Notes: generated by a model from the letters alone, not told the origin. A DNA stretch of 64,000 nt from Patescibacteria group bacterium (GCA_038062895.1 JBBTWJ010000005.1:67715-131714), one strand, 5' to 3'. Positions 20,785 through 31,298 are shown, counted from the first letter of the stretch. Made by a program: numbers and translations.

Positions 20785-21993
20785 ATGAATATTCTTATGC
20801 TTACCTACGAGGTGGTTGATGAGGGGGGGAGTTTTATCCGTAGTTTTTCTTTGGCAAAAAAATTGGTGAAATTAGGACACACAGTCACGTTGTTGGCATC
20901 AAACAAAAAGCCGGGTTTATTTGAAAGAAAAACCAAACGTCATGGAGTTGTTGTCATAGAAATTGCCTGTCCCCTACCCCATCGTATACGACACAACGGA
21001 ACAAGCCCGTTTCAAACAATTGGTAGGACTGTTCATGTTTTGCGTCACCGCTATGACGTGGTACATGGATTTGGTCACCGGCCATCCGTGTTTATTCCGG
21101 CATTCATTCATAAGTTTCTCTACCGGCGACCATATGTCGCAGATTGGGCTGACCTTTGGGGATGGGGAGGGCTTGGGAGTTATCGTGGGGGCCTGTGGGG
21201 AACGACAGTTGGATGGCTGGATGATATTTTGGAAAAATTTGTATATCGTAACAGCGATGGTGTAAGCGTCATAAGCCGTGCTCTTTTTCAAAGAGCGCGG
21301 CGATTCGGCGTTTTACAAAGCCACACAGCGATCGTTCCGCCAGGGTCAAGCGTTGACGAAATTGTGCCGCTTTCAAAAGCAACTCAACGTAAAAAATATG
21401 GATTTTCTATCCGTGATCATATATTGGTTTATGTTGGCAACGCACCATATGACGCCCGCCTGTTGGGTAAAGTGATTGTAGAAGTGATGACGCAAGACGA
21501 CAGGGCCCGCGCAATTATTATTGGTCGACACATGGAAGAATTTGATAGTGTTGTGAGAATCAGCGGATTTAAGAAAAGAATACGGCATTATGGTTTTATT
21601 GCTCATGATCACATTTCTACTTTAATGGCATGTGGAGACGTGATGGTGCTGCCATACACGAATCGAGAGATAAATACCAATCGTTATCCGAATAAAATTG
21701 GTGACTATCTTGCTGCCGGACGTCCGACTGTTGCCAACGCAACGGGAGACCTGGCGAGGTTATTCAGGGACTATCCCATTGGAGAGACAGCACCGGAAGA
21801 ACCCATCGGATTTGCTCGCGTTATTTTACGGTTGTTAACAGACGCCAAAAAAAGGAGGGTTTTAGGACAAAATGCACGCAGACTCGCGGAAAGAGAATTT
21901 TCATGGAGACGGTCTGCTGAATCGTTAGATGCGTTTTACCTGTCAATTCTCGAGGAGTACCATTCGATGTCAACGTTACGGAGCCCGGCTTGA
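20785..21993 (+). CDS. Glycosyltransferase family 4
   Basis: MNILML, LGHTVTLL, PNKIGDYLAAGRP, FSW motifs. Confidence 0.88.
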   Translation: MNILMLTYEVVDEGGSFIRSFSLAKKLVKLGHTVTLLASNKKPGLFERKTKRHGVVVIEIACPLPHRIRHNGTSPFQTIGRTVHVLRHRYDVVHGFGHRPSVFIPAFIHKFLYRRPYVADWADLWGWGGLGSYRGGLWGTTVGWLDDILEKFVYRNSDGVSVISRALFQRARRFGVLQSHTAIVPPGSSVDEIVPLSKATQRKKYGFSIRDHILVYVGNAPYDARLLGKVIVEVMTQDDRARAIIIGRHMEEFDSVVRISGFKKRIRHYGFIAHDHISTLMACGDVMVLPYTNREINTNRYPNKIGDYLAAGRPTVANATGDLARLFRDYPIGETAPEEPIGFARVILRLLTDAKKRRVLGQNARRLAEREFSWRRSAESLDAFYLSILEEYHSMSTLRSPA

Positions 21994-22895
21994 CGAACAA
22001 ACCCCCGCAAGAATAGAAAATCATGGAGTTTGATGAGTAAAAAAACTACAACTTTTTTCCATACGTTGAGGTTTGTGTTTTTTAGCATGGCGCGAAATTC
22101 AACTGGCCAAAGCTTAATCCTTCGGAGAAAATAAAGTGCCCGGCGATCCGGAAGGTGAATAAACTCTCCTTTTAGGTTCCATTTTTGGCTCAATTGCATT
22201 GCGAGCATTCCTCTGTAATATGCTTTTTTTATTAACAAACAGACGGTCGGCGTTTCCTCGTGGGAGATCACCATGCGGGGGTTGTAGACGCCCCTGATCT
22301 TTTTGGATGTCAATTGAAATCCCAAGTCTGTGTCAGCAGAATCATATCCGAAGATCTGAAACGAAGGGTCAAAGCACACCCGCTTTGTTACGAGTATGTT
22401 TTTTTTGTAGGCAACGTTTTTGGTATCCATAAGGAAGGGAGATGGAATTCCGTTGTGTTTTTTTAACTCGTACAAAAACCAGTAGTTGTTTCGTGTTTGG
22501 AAGGCCTGGGCGACGACGTTTTTTGGGTTAAAAAGAAGAGACCTTCCTATAACATATGATGCACCCGCGTTGGTCAAGGAGAGTAGTACCGCTTTTGTCC
22601 ATAAGGGGTCCAAAACGCAATCATCGTCTGTAAAACCAATGATCGCGGTTTTACACTCAGCGATAGCCTTATTTCGTGCGTCTGGAACAGTGGTATTTGG
22701 TTCATATATATATATGAGGGTTGATATTTTTTTTTGGAACAATTTTATAACAGGAAACGCTGTTTTATTTATGTCGTTATCGACAACAAGAACCGCATGC
22801 GGCTTAATCGTTTGCCGAGCGACACTTTGCAGACACCTCGCAAGTTTTTGTGGGTTGTTTTTTGTAATGATTGCGATGGATAATCCCTGGTTCAT
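21936..22895 (-). CDS. Glycosyltransferase family 2
   Basis: SIAIIT, VVDN, ARNKAI, FTDDDC. Confidence 0.88.
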   Translation of the reverse strand: MNQGLSIAIITKNNPQKLARCLQSVARQTIKPHAVLVVDNDINKTAFPVIKLFQKKISTLIYIYEPNTTVPDARNKAIAECKTAIIGFTDDDCVLDPLWTKAVLLSLTNAGASYVIGRSLLFNPKNVVAQAFQTRNNYWFLYELKKHNGIPSPFLMDTKNVAYKKNILVTKRVCFDPSFQIFGYDSADTDLGFQLTSKKIRGVYNPRMVISHEETPTVCLLIKKAYYRGMLAMQLSQKWNLKGEFIHLPDRRALYFLRRIKLWPVEFRAMLKNTNLNVWKKVVVFLLIKLHDFLFLRGFVRQAGLRNVDIEWYSSRIDR

Positions 22896-24358
22896 ATGAC
22901 AGAGAGATATGCCAGAAGGACCATAAACATATCGAGAGACGGGTCTTGATGAAATAATGTATGAAATTGGGAATTAACCATAAATGTTGCTGCACTAACC
23001 CAAACACTAAAAGAGATCAGAGATTTCGTTGCCCGTCGGAGTGTAGAGTAAAGAATACCGATAGCAAATATGATAAAAAGCAACCCTCCCGGGATGCCCG
23101 TTTCCGAAAAAAAGAGAAGAAATGTATTGTGTACAGGAAAAAGAAAATTCCGGACAACAACCGGAAGATCTTGAGCTGACATAATCTCGGTAAACCGATT
23201 TAGCCCTACGCCAAACAAGGAAAATTTTGATATTTGATAGAACGCTTGTTCTAAAAGGTATATCCGTCCAACTCCGGTTCCTTGAGACCATATGGCGTTC
23301 AATGATGTTAGCCGATCAAGAAGAGTTCCTCCAAACAAGACAAACAATGAAAGGAAAAATATGAGAAGTGCGAGAGATATTTTATTATAGAATCTACGAA
23401 AGGTCTCGAGATTTACCACCACCAATAGGGCGATCGCGCCGCCAGTGGCAATCCACGCGCTTCTACTGAGTGTTCCGAAGAGTGCGAGCAACCCCAATAT
23501 GGTTGTGAGTGAAAATAAACCAACAGCAACATAATTACGCCTTTTTTGTATAAAGGATAGCGCCGTTAATGCAGAGGCAATCGGTATAACGAGAGACAGA
23601 TAGCTTCCAAAAAACGTTGGATGTCCAAAGAGGCCGGAGACTCGATAGAGTTGTGCTCCATCAGCAGTAAAAAATCCCATTACATTACGAAACGCGTTAT
23701 CTTCTAAAAACAACCCGATAGGCCTTTGAGAGAGAAGCTGTTTGGCTCCAATAAGCCCAAGGAATGCAAGTCCCGCAATGAACACCTCGAGGGCATGAAA
23801 TCGGGTTTCTCCCTTGACGAAAAGAACCCGTCCGGAAAAAAAGGCAGATAAAGGAATGATAAGGGAAATTAACCCAAGCCAGCTCACCGTAGAACCACCG
23901 GTGACAACAACGGACAACAGAGCCCATCCAAAGAAGGATGCAAGAATCCACAAAAAGCCCTCCCCTTTTTTGGTCAACGGGGTCTTTATTGGGGATAAAA
24001 ACAAGAGCAAAAGGATGGCAAAGGAGAAAATAAGTTTCAGCGAAAATCCAAAATAGAAGGCATATGCGGACATCCATGGTTCCGGCCCGGCAGTCACGAC
24101 GGAAATATTCCATCCGCGGATTCCCCGTTGAAAAGGAAGCACAAATAATAACATAAAAAAGAGGGTTTCCAAGGGAGGACGCTTGAAATACAAAAAAAGT
24201 ACAATCCCGTAAAGAAGGACCGTGATGATATAAGATTTTTCGTTATAGATAAAAAAAAGAAGAACGTACGACAACAGCGTCCATAAAAAAAATAGGTGTT
24301 CTGATATGAGTCTATAGAGACGGGGCATCTTGTATTGATTGAATTGTGGCCATAACAT
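22892..24358 (-). CDS. O-antigen ligase family protein
   Basis: RVSGLFGHP, TLSRSAW, FGVGLNRF, PVHN motifs; polytopic. Confidence 0.85.
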   Translation of the reverse strand: MLWPQFNQYKMPRLYRLISEHLFFLWTLLSYVLLFFIYNEKSYIITVLLYGIVLFLYFKRPPLETLFFMLLFVLPFQRGIRGWNISVVTAGPEPWMSAYAFYFGFSLKLIFSFAILLLLFLSPIKTPLTKKGEGFLWILASFFGWALLSVVVTGGSTVSWLGLISLIIPLSAFFSGRVLFVKGETRFHALEVFIAGLAFLGLIGAKQLLSQRPIGLFLEDNAFRNVMGFFTADGAQLYRVSGLFGHPTFFGSYLSLVIPIASALTALSFIQKRRNYVAVGLFSLTTILGLLALFGTLSRSAWIATGGAIALLVVVNLETFRRFYNKISLALLIFFLSLFVLFGGTLLDRLTSLNAIWSQGTGVGRIYLLEQAFYQISKFSLFGVGLNRFTEIMSAQDLPVVVRNFLFPVHNTFLLFFSETGIPGGLLFIIFAIGILYSTLRRATKSLISFSVWVSAATFMVNSQFHTLFHQDPSLDMFMVLLAYLSVI

Positions 24359-25202
24359 TCACTTGAGAAAAATATATCCAGATTTGCTGTCCGATTTTAA
24401 TACTCTGATGTCCCCCAAAGTACCACCCGCTGTCGTGGTGTTGTGCTCGTAGGCGCACCTTCATCACGACATCTTTTGCCCGAGGATCTATGGAGAGAAA
24501 CGTATTGTTTGGTGGGTTGTCGATTGTTGCGTCAGATAGAAATATCGCACTTGTGGGGGGCTCTATGGAAATAGTTTCCACAACAGCAACTTGTTTTTTT
24601 TGCGGACCATTGAGCATGGTGTCTCCTACACGCAGAGCTTCAACGACCCAAGGATCTTCATTTCTGACTCTTACTGTAGCGACAATTTCTTTTTCCGGAT
24701 ATCCCTTTTCGGGTACGTTATCATCAATGATTTGTCCCAACACGTCTGCCCGCGTGAGATGAAGCTCTATGAAGGCTCCCACTTCGACCGGCTTGCTGTT
24801 GTAGATGAATTTATTCGTCCGGCCGTTAATTTCTCCTTGAAGTTTGGCCGTGAGATACAAATCAACATCTGTGCCCCAGCGATCATATTTTTCAATGGCA
24901 ATGATTTCTCCAGACCTCCAGCCGTTGACCGTGGTTTCCACGTCACCCACCTGAATGTTTTCACTTAACCAAAACGGCGGCCGATACCCGGCGTAATTAT
25001 TGTAATTTTGAGTCCATGATTTACCGACGACCTGAATTCGAATAATCCGCTCCGTTGGTTTTCGACCGTAAAATTTTACGACGAAAATAGTTAACCCCAC
25101 TAGTATGAGCAATACAAGAACGTGTATTGGGCTTAAGGTCTTTATTCTTTGTAAGAATAGACGTGTTAGGCGGTGCATAGTTTCGTTTATAGATTTTATC
25201 AC
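24312..25202 (-). CDS. Membrane-anchored hypothetical protein (DUF4330-like tandem beta domains)
   Basis: N-terminal TM; two repeats of a W..E.I/L.VGD motif. Confidence 0.55.
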   Translation of the reverse strand: MIKSINETMHRLTRLFLQRIKTLSPIHVLVLLILVGLTIFVVKFYGRKPTERIIRIQVVGKSWTQNYNNYAGYRPPFWLSENIQVGDVETTVNGWRSGEIIAIEKYDRWGTDVDLYLTAKLQGEINGRTNKFIYNSKPVEVGAFIELHLTRADVLGQIIDDNVPEKGYPEKEIVATVRVRNEDPWVVEALRVGDTMLNGPQKKQVAVVETISIEPPTSAIFLSDATIDNPPNNTFLSIDPRAKDVVMKVRLRAQHHDSGWYFGGHQSIKIGQQIWIYFSQVNVMATIQSIQDAPSL

Positions 25203-26371
25203 AATGGAGGGATGATGGACGTTCGTCGCAGAGAAGAGACTGCGGACGAAAAAATTTGCTTGTTCATTATGGCCCAGCAGATGCGCTTCTCATTGTCTTT
25301 AAAGGGAAGATCAGATGGATGGAAAAGCCTTTGTTTCATTATGGAATATAGTATACGTTGAGGCAACCGGAAGGAGGCTCTGTATTTTAGAGCTGATTGC
25401 AGGATGTCCTTGGGGAGGGAATTGGGGAATAGGTCATTGAATAAACACGCAAACCAGTGAAAGTATGGTATCAAGTGATACGTACGAATAAGTCTCAGTA
25501 CTTCGTCCCAGCGTATGGATTTTTTATATGTGCGAACAACGCGGAACAGTTCGTAGTAACGAACCGCTGATTGGAGGTTATGTTGGTATAAAAGGTGTAC
25601 GAATAGGCTTACAAACAACGCAGTGGGTGAAAATATATACACAGGAATACCGTGGTATAGTCTGTGTTGTTTTTGATTATATAATTCTTGTGTGAGAAGC
25701 CGATTGTTGTAGTCGGACAGAATTCGACTAGTAAAGCTGGATGAATTAACGATAGCAGTATGAAGCTCTACGGTTGTATTACCTCTTATAAATATATGTT
25801 CACTCAACGGAGCATAGAAATCTTGATGTATGAGCGCATTTTTAATGGTCTTTTTGTGGTTCCAGAAACATTTGTACCCCAATTTTGTGAGGATACCTGC
25901 GGCTAATTTGACAGCAGAAACAGGTAAAAGGATGTCCAAGTCACCAGGGATTTTAATCGGCGCTTGGAAAAGCACATGTTCATGCGGAAGCGTTTTCATT
26001 ATGACAAATCGTATGCCTGCATTTGTGAGTGAGCGGACGATATCCGCAGTCGTCTGTTTTTTTATGGCTGACATATGCTGTATGGCCAGCTGATCTGCAA
26101 TCATGTGTCGCATAAATTCTTCTGGGGCAACCGATTGAAATACAGGAGAATTAAAAGAATCTTTACAAATTGCTTGTAGCTGGTTTTGCCGAATGAGTGC
26201 TAAAAGTTGTTGCCAATCAATGAGACCGGCCAATTTTTGTACTACGGCATATGTTTTTTTCGCCGCGGCCGCGTTATTACTCAACTCCAGGAGCACCTGT
26301 TCTTCTGGGGACAATCTGATCCAGGGCATAATATAGGCGCTTAACAAAAGCAAAGAACGGAAAATGTTCAT
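25199..26371 (-). CDS. Nucleotidyltransferase family protein (NTP_transf_5 type, as in lasso-peptide/PqqD clusters)
   Basis: IDWQQLL, GIRFVIMK, GDLDILL, VELHT, IRWDEV motifs. Confidence 0.8.
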   Translation of the reverse strand: MNIFRSLLLLSAYIMPWIRLSPEEQVLLELSNNAAAAKKTYAVVQKLAGLIDWQQLLALIRQNQLQAICKDSFNSPVFQSVAPEEFMRHMIADQLAIQHMSAIKKQTTADIVRSLTNAGIRFVIMKTLPHEHVLFQAPIKIPGDLDILLPVSAVKLAAGILTKLGYKCFWNHKKTIKNALIHQDFYAPLSEHIFIRGNTTVELHTAIVNSSSFTSRILSDYNNRLLTQELYNQKQHRLYHGIPVYIFSPTALFVSLFVHLLYQHNLQSAVRYYELFRVVRTYKKSIRWDEVLRLIRTYHLIPYFHWFACLFNDLFPNSLPKDILQSALKYRASFRLPQRILYSIMKQRLFHPSDLPFKDNEKRICWAIMNKQIFSSAVSSLRRTSIIPPL

Positions 26372-26392
26372 AGCCGGTATTAATTTTTTTGT

Positions 26393-27322
26393 TTATCCTT
26401 GCGTCGAGTGCATTATAGAAGTCGGTGAGACGACGCACAACCGTGCGACCAACGATCCAAACCAACGGCATAAACGCCGGATCACAAGAAATCCGGCTAT
26501 GAAGATCAAAAATATAAAAGATTTATGTGAAAGCGCGCATATGATATATGCTTCCTCTTCCCACAGTGACACACGGGACGAGTCGTATTGGGGGAACAGT
26601 CGTTTGATTTTTAGATCAACTGTAAACCGTTTTTCCAATAGACCCCTACTCGCTTCTTGCATATATGCCTTTTTATACAAAGAGAGAGACGTTAAATTAT
26701 CTTTATAGTGTCGAATATCAAGTTGTGGTGCATATTGAATGGTATACCCCAGGAGCTGAAGCGCTATGCAAAGAACAGCTCCGTCGTCCAGAGGTATAGT
26801 TTTTGGCGAAAACCATTGCGCAAGTTGCCGAAGTGTTGCTTTCTTTAGACAAAAACACTCACTATGAAGATAGGTCAGGTGCCGGCCGTTTTTCCAGGCA
26901 AGTTGCTTCTTAGTTTGGACCCAGGAGTACGTATCCATGGCATTGAATACGTCACCCACCCAATTGCTTTTGGGAAATACAAATCGGTTTTTTCCCTGGT
27001 ACAGAGTTCGTTGGTCTATTCTATTCACGTGTTTTATGTAAGCAATGTATCCGTTCGGGATAATGCAGTCGTCGTTTATAAAGAGGAGCACATCCCCTTT
27101 TGCCTGTTTTGCGGCGGCATTTTTGATTTTCAGCATGTGATTGTCGGACGAAGATAACCAAACCAGCAAGGGGCGGGACGTTTTTGTTAGCGTTTTTGGT
27201 TGTTTTCCGTTGTGGACAATGATAATCTCGTCATTGCGTGTCGTTTGTCGAGCCAATGCATTGAGACATGCGTCGAGTCTTATTGATGAATCATTCGCGG
27301 TGATAATAGCTGAAACATTCAT
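26393..27322 (-). CDS. Glycosyltransferase family 2
   Basis: VSAII, EIIIVHN, KNAAAK, FINDDC. Confidence 0.82.
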   Translation of the reverse strand: MNVSAIITANDSSIRLDACLNALARQTTRNDEIIIVHNGKQPKTLTKTSRPLLVWLSSSDNHMLKIKNAAAKQAKGDVLLFINDDCIIPNGYIAYIKHVNRIDQRTLYQGKNRFVFPKSNWVGDVFNAMDTYSWVQTKKQLAWKNGRHLTYLHSECFCLKKATLRQLAQWFSPKTIPLDDGAVLCIALQLLGYTIQYAPQLDIRHYKDNLTSLSLYKKAYMQEASRGLLEKRFTVDLKIKRLFPQYDSSRVSLWEEEAYIICALSHKSFIFLIFIAGFLVIRRLCRWFGSLVARLCVVSPTSIMHSTQG

Positions 27323-27323
27323 C

Positions 27324-27387
27324 TTGACAGGCCTTAATGGGGTAACTTAATATACTATTATATATAAATGTGTATTAGGAAAGGAGG
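27324..27387 (+). promoter_or_regulatory. Putative sigma70 promoter and strong Shine-Dalgarno for the small peptide ORF
   Basis: TTGACA 27324-27329, TAATAT/TATACT at 27348-27356, AAGGAGG 27381-27387, 9 nt before ATG. Confidence 0.6.
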
Positions 27388-27396
27388 AAATAATAT

Positions 27397-27483
27397 ATGA
27401 AAAAGATAAGTTCTCAAAAAAAGACATATAGTAAGCCCGCGACAAAAATTGAAAAGATCGTGATTCAAACCAGGTCTTGCTAA
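27397..27483 (+). CDS. Putative RiPP precursor peptide MKKISSQKKTYSKPATKIEKIVIQTRSC (28 aa; not in ORF track)
   Basis: Translated by hand; perfect SD; KTYSKP resembles the YxxP RRE-recognition motif; adjacent to PqqD gene. Confidence 0.7.
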   Translation: MKKISSQKKTYSKPATKIEKIVIQTRSC

Positions 27484-27516
27484 CGGGATTTGAATGTCAG
27501 AGCCTCTCATGCTTCT

Positions 27517-27801
27517 TCAGCCATCAATTGTGTTGAGTAGCTTTTTGTTGAGATAAACGGTTAAAAATTTAATAATATCCTCTTTTGCCTGTGCATAATC
27601 AACGTCAAATTCATCTGTAACCATATGAATAATATTTTGCACAGATCGAGGCTTGCGTAAATACTTCCATATGGATGTGGCGGTTTCATTAAGTGTATGA
27701 ATGGTCTCCGTCACCGGATCTACGATATAGATCGTTCCGTTGTGTTCTTTTTGGATAAGTGTATTATTGATACGCAGGACCGTGCTTAAGCGAAGAAGCA
27801 T
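27517..27801 (-). CDS. PqqD family protein / RiPP recognition element (RRE)
   Basis: HTLNETATSIWKYL...EFDVDYAQAKEDIIKFL...LL signature, 94 aa. Confidence 0.9.
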   Translation of the reverse strand: MLLRLSTVLRINNTLIQKEHNGTIYIVDPVTETIHTLNETATSIWKYLRKPRSVQNIIHMVTDEFDVDYAQAKEDIIKFLTVYLNKKLLNTIDG

Positions 27802-27830
27802 GGTTCAAATACTAATTTACATCATTGTGC

Positions 27831-29537
27831 ATGTCAACATTGACTCATCAATTCTTAAATTTTATCCTCGCTTTTTCGGTTTTTGGTCTGATTGCCTTTG
27901 TCGCGTTAAAGACCAAATGGACGAACAGGAAGCTTGATCTTCTCAGCTACATCTTTGTCGCGCCCAGTCACATAAAAACCCATCCGTGGCTATGGATAAT
28001 CTCACTGATTTCGATCGTTCTTATTCGCGACTTTTTGGAAAACTACTCGGAATGGTCAAAGTGGATAATTCCTCTAGACGTTCATATGGAGTATTCTCTG
28101 TTTTGGTTTTCTCTTTTTTTCACCTTTTCGCTTTTTCTTAAACTTTTATCGCGAGAAGGTATTGATAAAATATCGAAATTTTTGGTTTGTTCCTGGTTTG
28201 TGACTTATATTCCACCGCTTGTTGACCCGATAATATATTTTGGTCGTGCCTTCCGTATGACGTACGTGTATAAGGAGCCTCTACAGAAGTTCCTCACATT
28301 TTACGGTACAAGTCCCTTCGGTCGGGAGGCGACAATAGGCATAAGAATCGAAATTATTCTAGTTGTAATCCTTGCCAGCCTCTATGTTGCCAATAAAACC
28401 AGAAACTGGTTTAAAACAGTATTAGCCGGTTTAGGGGGCTACAGCATCGCCTTCTTTTATATGGCAATGCCTGTATTTTACAAAGGTTTGAAGACTATCT
28501 TGGGATTTCCCCCAACAATGTCGTACCCTCGTGAATACGTGGATTCTTTAATCTATATCATGCTTGTGCTTATTCCGATTTATTTATCAATGTATAAGAA
28601 AAGGGAGAGGATTCAGTTTTTTGAGAAATCTTTTGAGCTTATTAATATTAGACGGTTCAGAGTGAGCAGAGTGATCATTGTGACGTTAATCAGAAACATC
28701 AGACCGTTTCGACTGATTCACTATGCCACGCTTTCATTTTTTGGGATGTTTATTGCTTACCGGTTTGATCCCGGTGCTTCTTATTCCTTTAATGTTCTGA
28801 AAATAATACCGGCAATTCTCTCAATGGCTTTTGCCTGGCTTTTTGCAGTACAAATTAATGATATTTTTGATATACAAATCGATGAAATATCAAATCAACA
28901 AAGGCCTCTGGTCAAGAAGTTTATCGACCGAGAAAATTATAAGCTATATTCTGCAATCTTTTTTATATTATCTTTAATTTTTGCATCTTTGATTAACTTC
29001 GCGGCTGCAAACATGATACTATATTATATGGTAGCCTACTCGTTCATCTATTCGGCGCCACCACTAAGGCTCAGGAGATTTCTTTTTATTCCAAACGCCA
29101 TTATCGGGCTCTGTAGTGTGTTGGCGGTTCTTTTTGGCTTCTCAACGGTCGCCAACTCAAAGACTTTTGCCTTGATGCCGTGGCACTATTCTTTATTTAT
29201 ATTTTTAATATATGCGCTTGCTTCGACAATGAAGGACATTAAGGATTACAAGGGGGATAAAGTCAATAAAATCGATACGTTGCCGACAGTGCTGGGTCTC
29301 ACTCTTGGAAAAAAAATTATCGGTTTTTTTATTGTAACAAGCTTCATATTAATGGGAATTCTCATAAGCTGGATTCTTCCCTTATATCCCAAGAGCTGGT
29401 TGGCCCTCTTTACGACAGTGTTTGCTGTATTAGGATACTTGTTTACCGTAAAAAAGAATGAGAAGTGGCTTTTTTCCATAGAATATATTTACCTTACTGT
29501 CGTGCTCTCAACAGTGTCTTATTTCAGACTTATGTAA
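27831..29537 (+). CDS. UbiA-family prenyltransferase fused to an extra N-terminal membrane domain
   Basis: NDIFDIQIDEISNQQRPL, YSAPPLRLRR and KDIKDYKGD...TLP motifs in the C-terminal half. Confidence 0.85.
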   Translation: MSTLTHQFLNFILAFSVFGLIAFVALKTKWTNRKLDLLSYIFVAPSHIKTHPWLWIISLISIVLIRDFLENYSEWSKWIIPLDVHMEYSLFWFSLFFTFSLFLKLLSREGIDKISKFLVCSWFVTYIPPLVDPIIYFGRAFRMTYVYKEPLQKFLTFYGTSPFGREATIGIRIEIILVVILASLYVANKTRNWFKTVLAGLGGYSIAFFYMAMPVFYKGLKTILGFPPTMSYPREYVDSLIYIMLVLIPIYLSMYKKRERIQFFEKSFELINIRRFRVSRVIIVTLIRNIRPFRLIHYATLSFFGMFIAYRFDPGASYSFNVLKIIPAILSMAFAWLFAVQINDIFDIQIDEISNQQRPLVKKFIDRENYKLYSAIFFILSLIFASLINFAAANMILYYMVAYSFIYSAPPLRLRRFLFIPNAIIGLCSVLAVLFGFSTVANSKTFALMPWHYSLFIFLIYALASTMKDIKDYKGDKVNKIDTLPTVLGLTLGKKIIGFFIVTSFILMGILISWILPLYPKSWLALFTTVFAVLGYLFTVKKNEKWLFSIEYIYLTVVLSTVSYFRLM

Positions 29538-29573
29538 AATATACAGAGAGAATGTCCCGTTAGAAATATATAG

Positions 29574-31298
29574 TTATTTGGCAACAAGCCCACACATTTT
29601 TAGATGATTGAATATCATGTCAGTGCATTCTTGCGGCGTTTTATCGAGCGTATGGAGATGAACCTCCGGGATTAGTGGCGGTTCATACGCATCATTTATT
29701 CCGGTAAAATGTTTTATTTTATTTGATCTAGCATTTTGATAATATCCTTTTGTATCCCGCGCTTCACACGTAGCTAGCGGACAATCAACATACACTAAAA
29801 TAAAAGATCCATGCGGCATAAAATAACGAACCTGCTGTCGAGTTTGTTCGTATGGGCTTATAGCGGCGCATATGACTGCGCCGCTATGATGGACTATCTC
29901 TGATGCAACAAATCCGATTCGTAATACATTCGTGTCACGATCTTCTTTCGAGTATCCCAGACCCTTCGAAAGATGCGTGCGCACAACATCGCCATCCAAC
30001 AATGAGACTTCTCTTCCGGATTCCTGAATGAGATTTTGTAATAATACAGCGATGGTAGATTTGCCCGCGCAAGGGAGCCCCGTGAGCCAGACGCAAAACC
30101 CTTTTTTATGAAGCGGGATATACGAATCGGCAAGAATTTTTGCAACTTCCGGACGGGTGAACCACCCCGGTAGTTTTTTGCGGCCGGTTAGGTATACGTT
30201 GCGCACGTCCGTTCCGGAAAGAGCCGAAAATTTATTTTTTTTTGAAATAGAATAAGATTCTGTGTATTTTTTTTGCGAACGGTTGTATGCAAGCTCGTTG
30301 AATAGTAATGGTTTGATTCCAATTTCAGCTGCTACGCTCTGTATTAATTTTTGAGCAGCGTCAGGGGCATAAAACTGTTTCCCTTGAATATTGACACCGG
30401 GACTGGCGTGATTTCTTCCGACGATAAAATAATTAGCACCGTAATTTCGTCTGATTATGGCGTGCCATACCGCTTCGCGTGGGCCCGCAAACCGCATTGC
30501 CAACGGAAGAATGCTTAACACCGTTTTGTCGTGAGGGAAGTATTTTTGATACATAGTGTTATAAATTTGGACGCGGGTTATGTATGGAATGTCGTCTATT
30601 TTTGTTATTCCGACTGTTGGATGAATGAGCAGTGTCCCGTGTACCTTTTCCGCTGCGCGCTTACAAAGCTCTTCGTGGGCTCGATGCATGGGATTTCGCG
30701 TTTGAAAGGCAACGACATTATTGTTTCCGTATGTTTCCAATATGATGCGTAGCGATGCGGGTGTTTGACGGAGGTTAAAAAAGTTATAATAGTGGGGAAG
30801 GTTGATAACCTGTATTGGTCCGGAAACGCAATAATCAGGCCAGTGACACATTTCCGATACCATCGGATGGGTCGGATCCGTTGTTCCGTATACCAGTTGA
30901 CATTCCTTCTTAAAATCTCTTTTATATATATCCTGAACGGACATGACGGCGATAATTTCATTGAACTGGTTGCGGAGTGTTATTTTCTTATTTTTAAGGA
31001 TAGACCGGTCGTTTGATAGTGGAAGTGTAATGGGGATCGGGAACAGCGTCCCATTGGATAACCGCATGGATTCAATAACACGGTGATAGTCGTTGCGAGT
31101 CATGAATGTGGAGAGCGGTGAAAATGCCCCCGTAGCGAGTAATTCCAAGTCTTGCATAGACCGCTCAGACAGCTGATATGACGGGATGTTGATGGCGCGG
31201 GCGAGCAATTCTGCGCGTTTTTCTTTATCAACCACAAGCGAAATCAGCTTCCCGCCATAGGGAGTGATGAGTGACAGTGCTGTTTGATGGTTATTCAT
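29574..31298 (-). CDS. sat-cysC: Bifunctional sulfate adenylyltransferase / adenylylsulfate kinase (PAPS synthase)
   Basis: AFQTRNPMHRAHE, MRFAGPREA, then WLTGLPCAGKST, LDGDVVR, FTGINDAYE. Confidence 0.95.
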   Translation of the reverse strand: MNNHQTALSLITPYGGKLISLVVDKEKRAELLARAINIPSYQLSERSMQDLELLATGAFSPLSTFMTRNDYHRVIESMRLSNGTLFPIPITLPLSNDRSILKNKKITLRNQFNEIIAVMSVQDIYKRDFKKECQLVYGTTDPTHPMVSEMCHWPDYCVSGPIQVINLPHYYNFFNLRQTPASLRIILETYGNNNVVAFQTRNPMHRAHEELCKRAAEKVHGTLLIHPTVGITKIDDIPYITRVQIYNTMYQKYFPHDKTVLSILPLAMRFAGPREAVWHAIIRRNYGANYFIVGRNHASPGVNIQGKQFYAPDAAQKLIQSVAAEIGIKPLLFNELAYNRSQKKYTESYSISKKNKFSALSGTDVRNVYLTGRKKLPGWFTRPEVAKILADSYIPLHKKGFCVWLTGLPCAGKSTIAVLLQNLIQESGREVSLLDGDVVRTHLSKGLGYSKEDRDTNVLRIGFVASEIVHHSGAVICAAISPYEQTRQQVRYFMPHGSFILVYVDCPLATCEARDTKGYYQNARSNKIKHFTGINDAYEPPLIPEVHLHTLDKTPQECTDMIFNHLKMCGLVAK

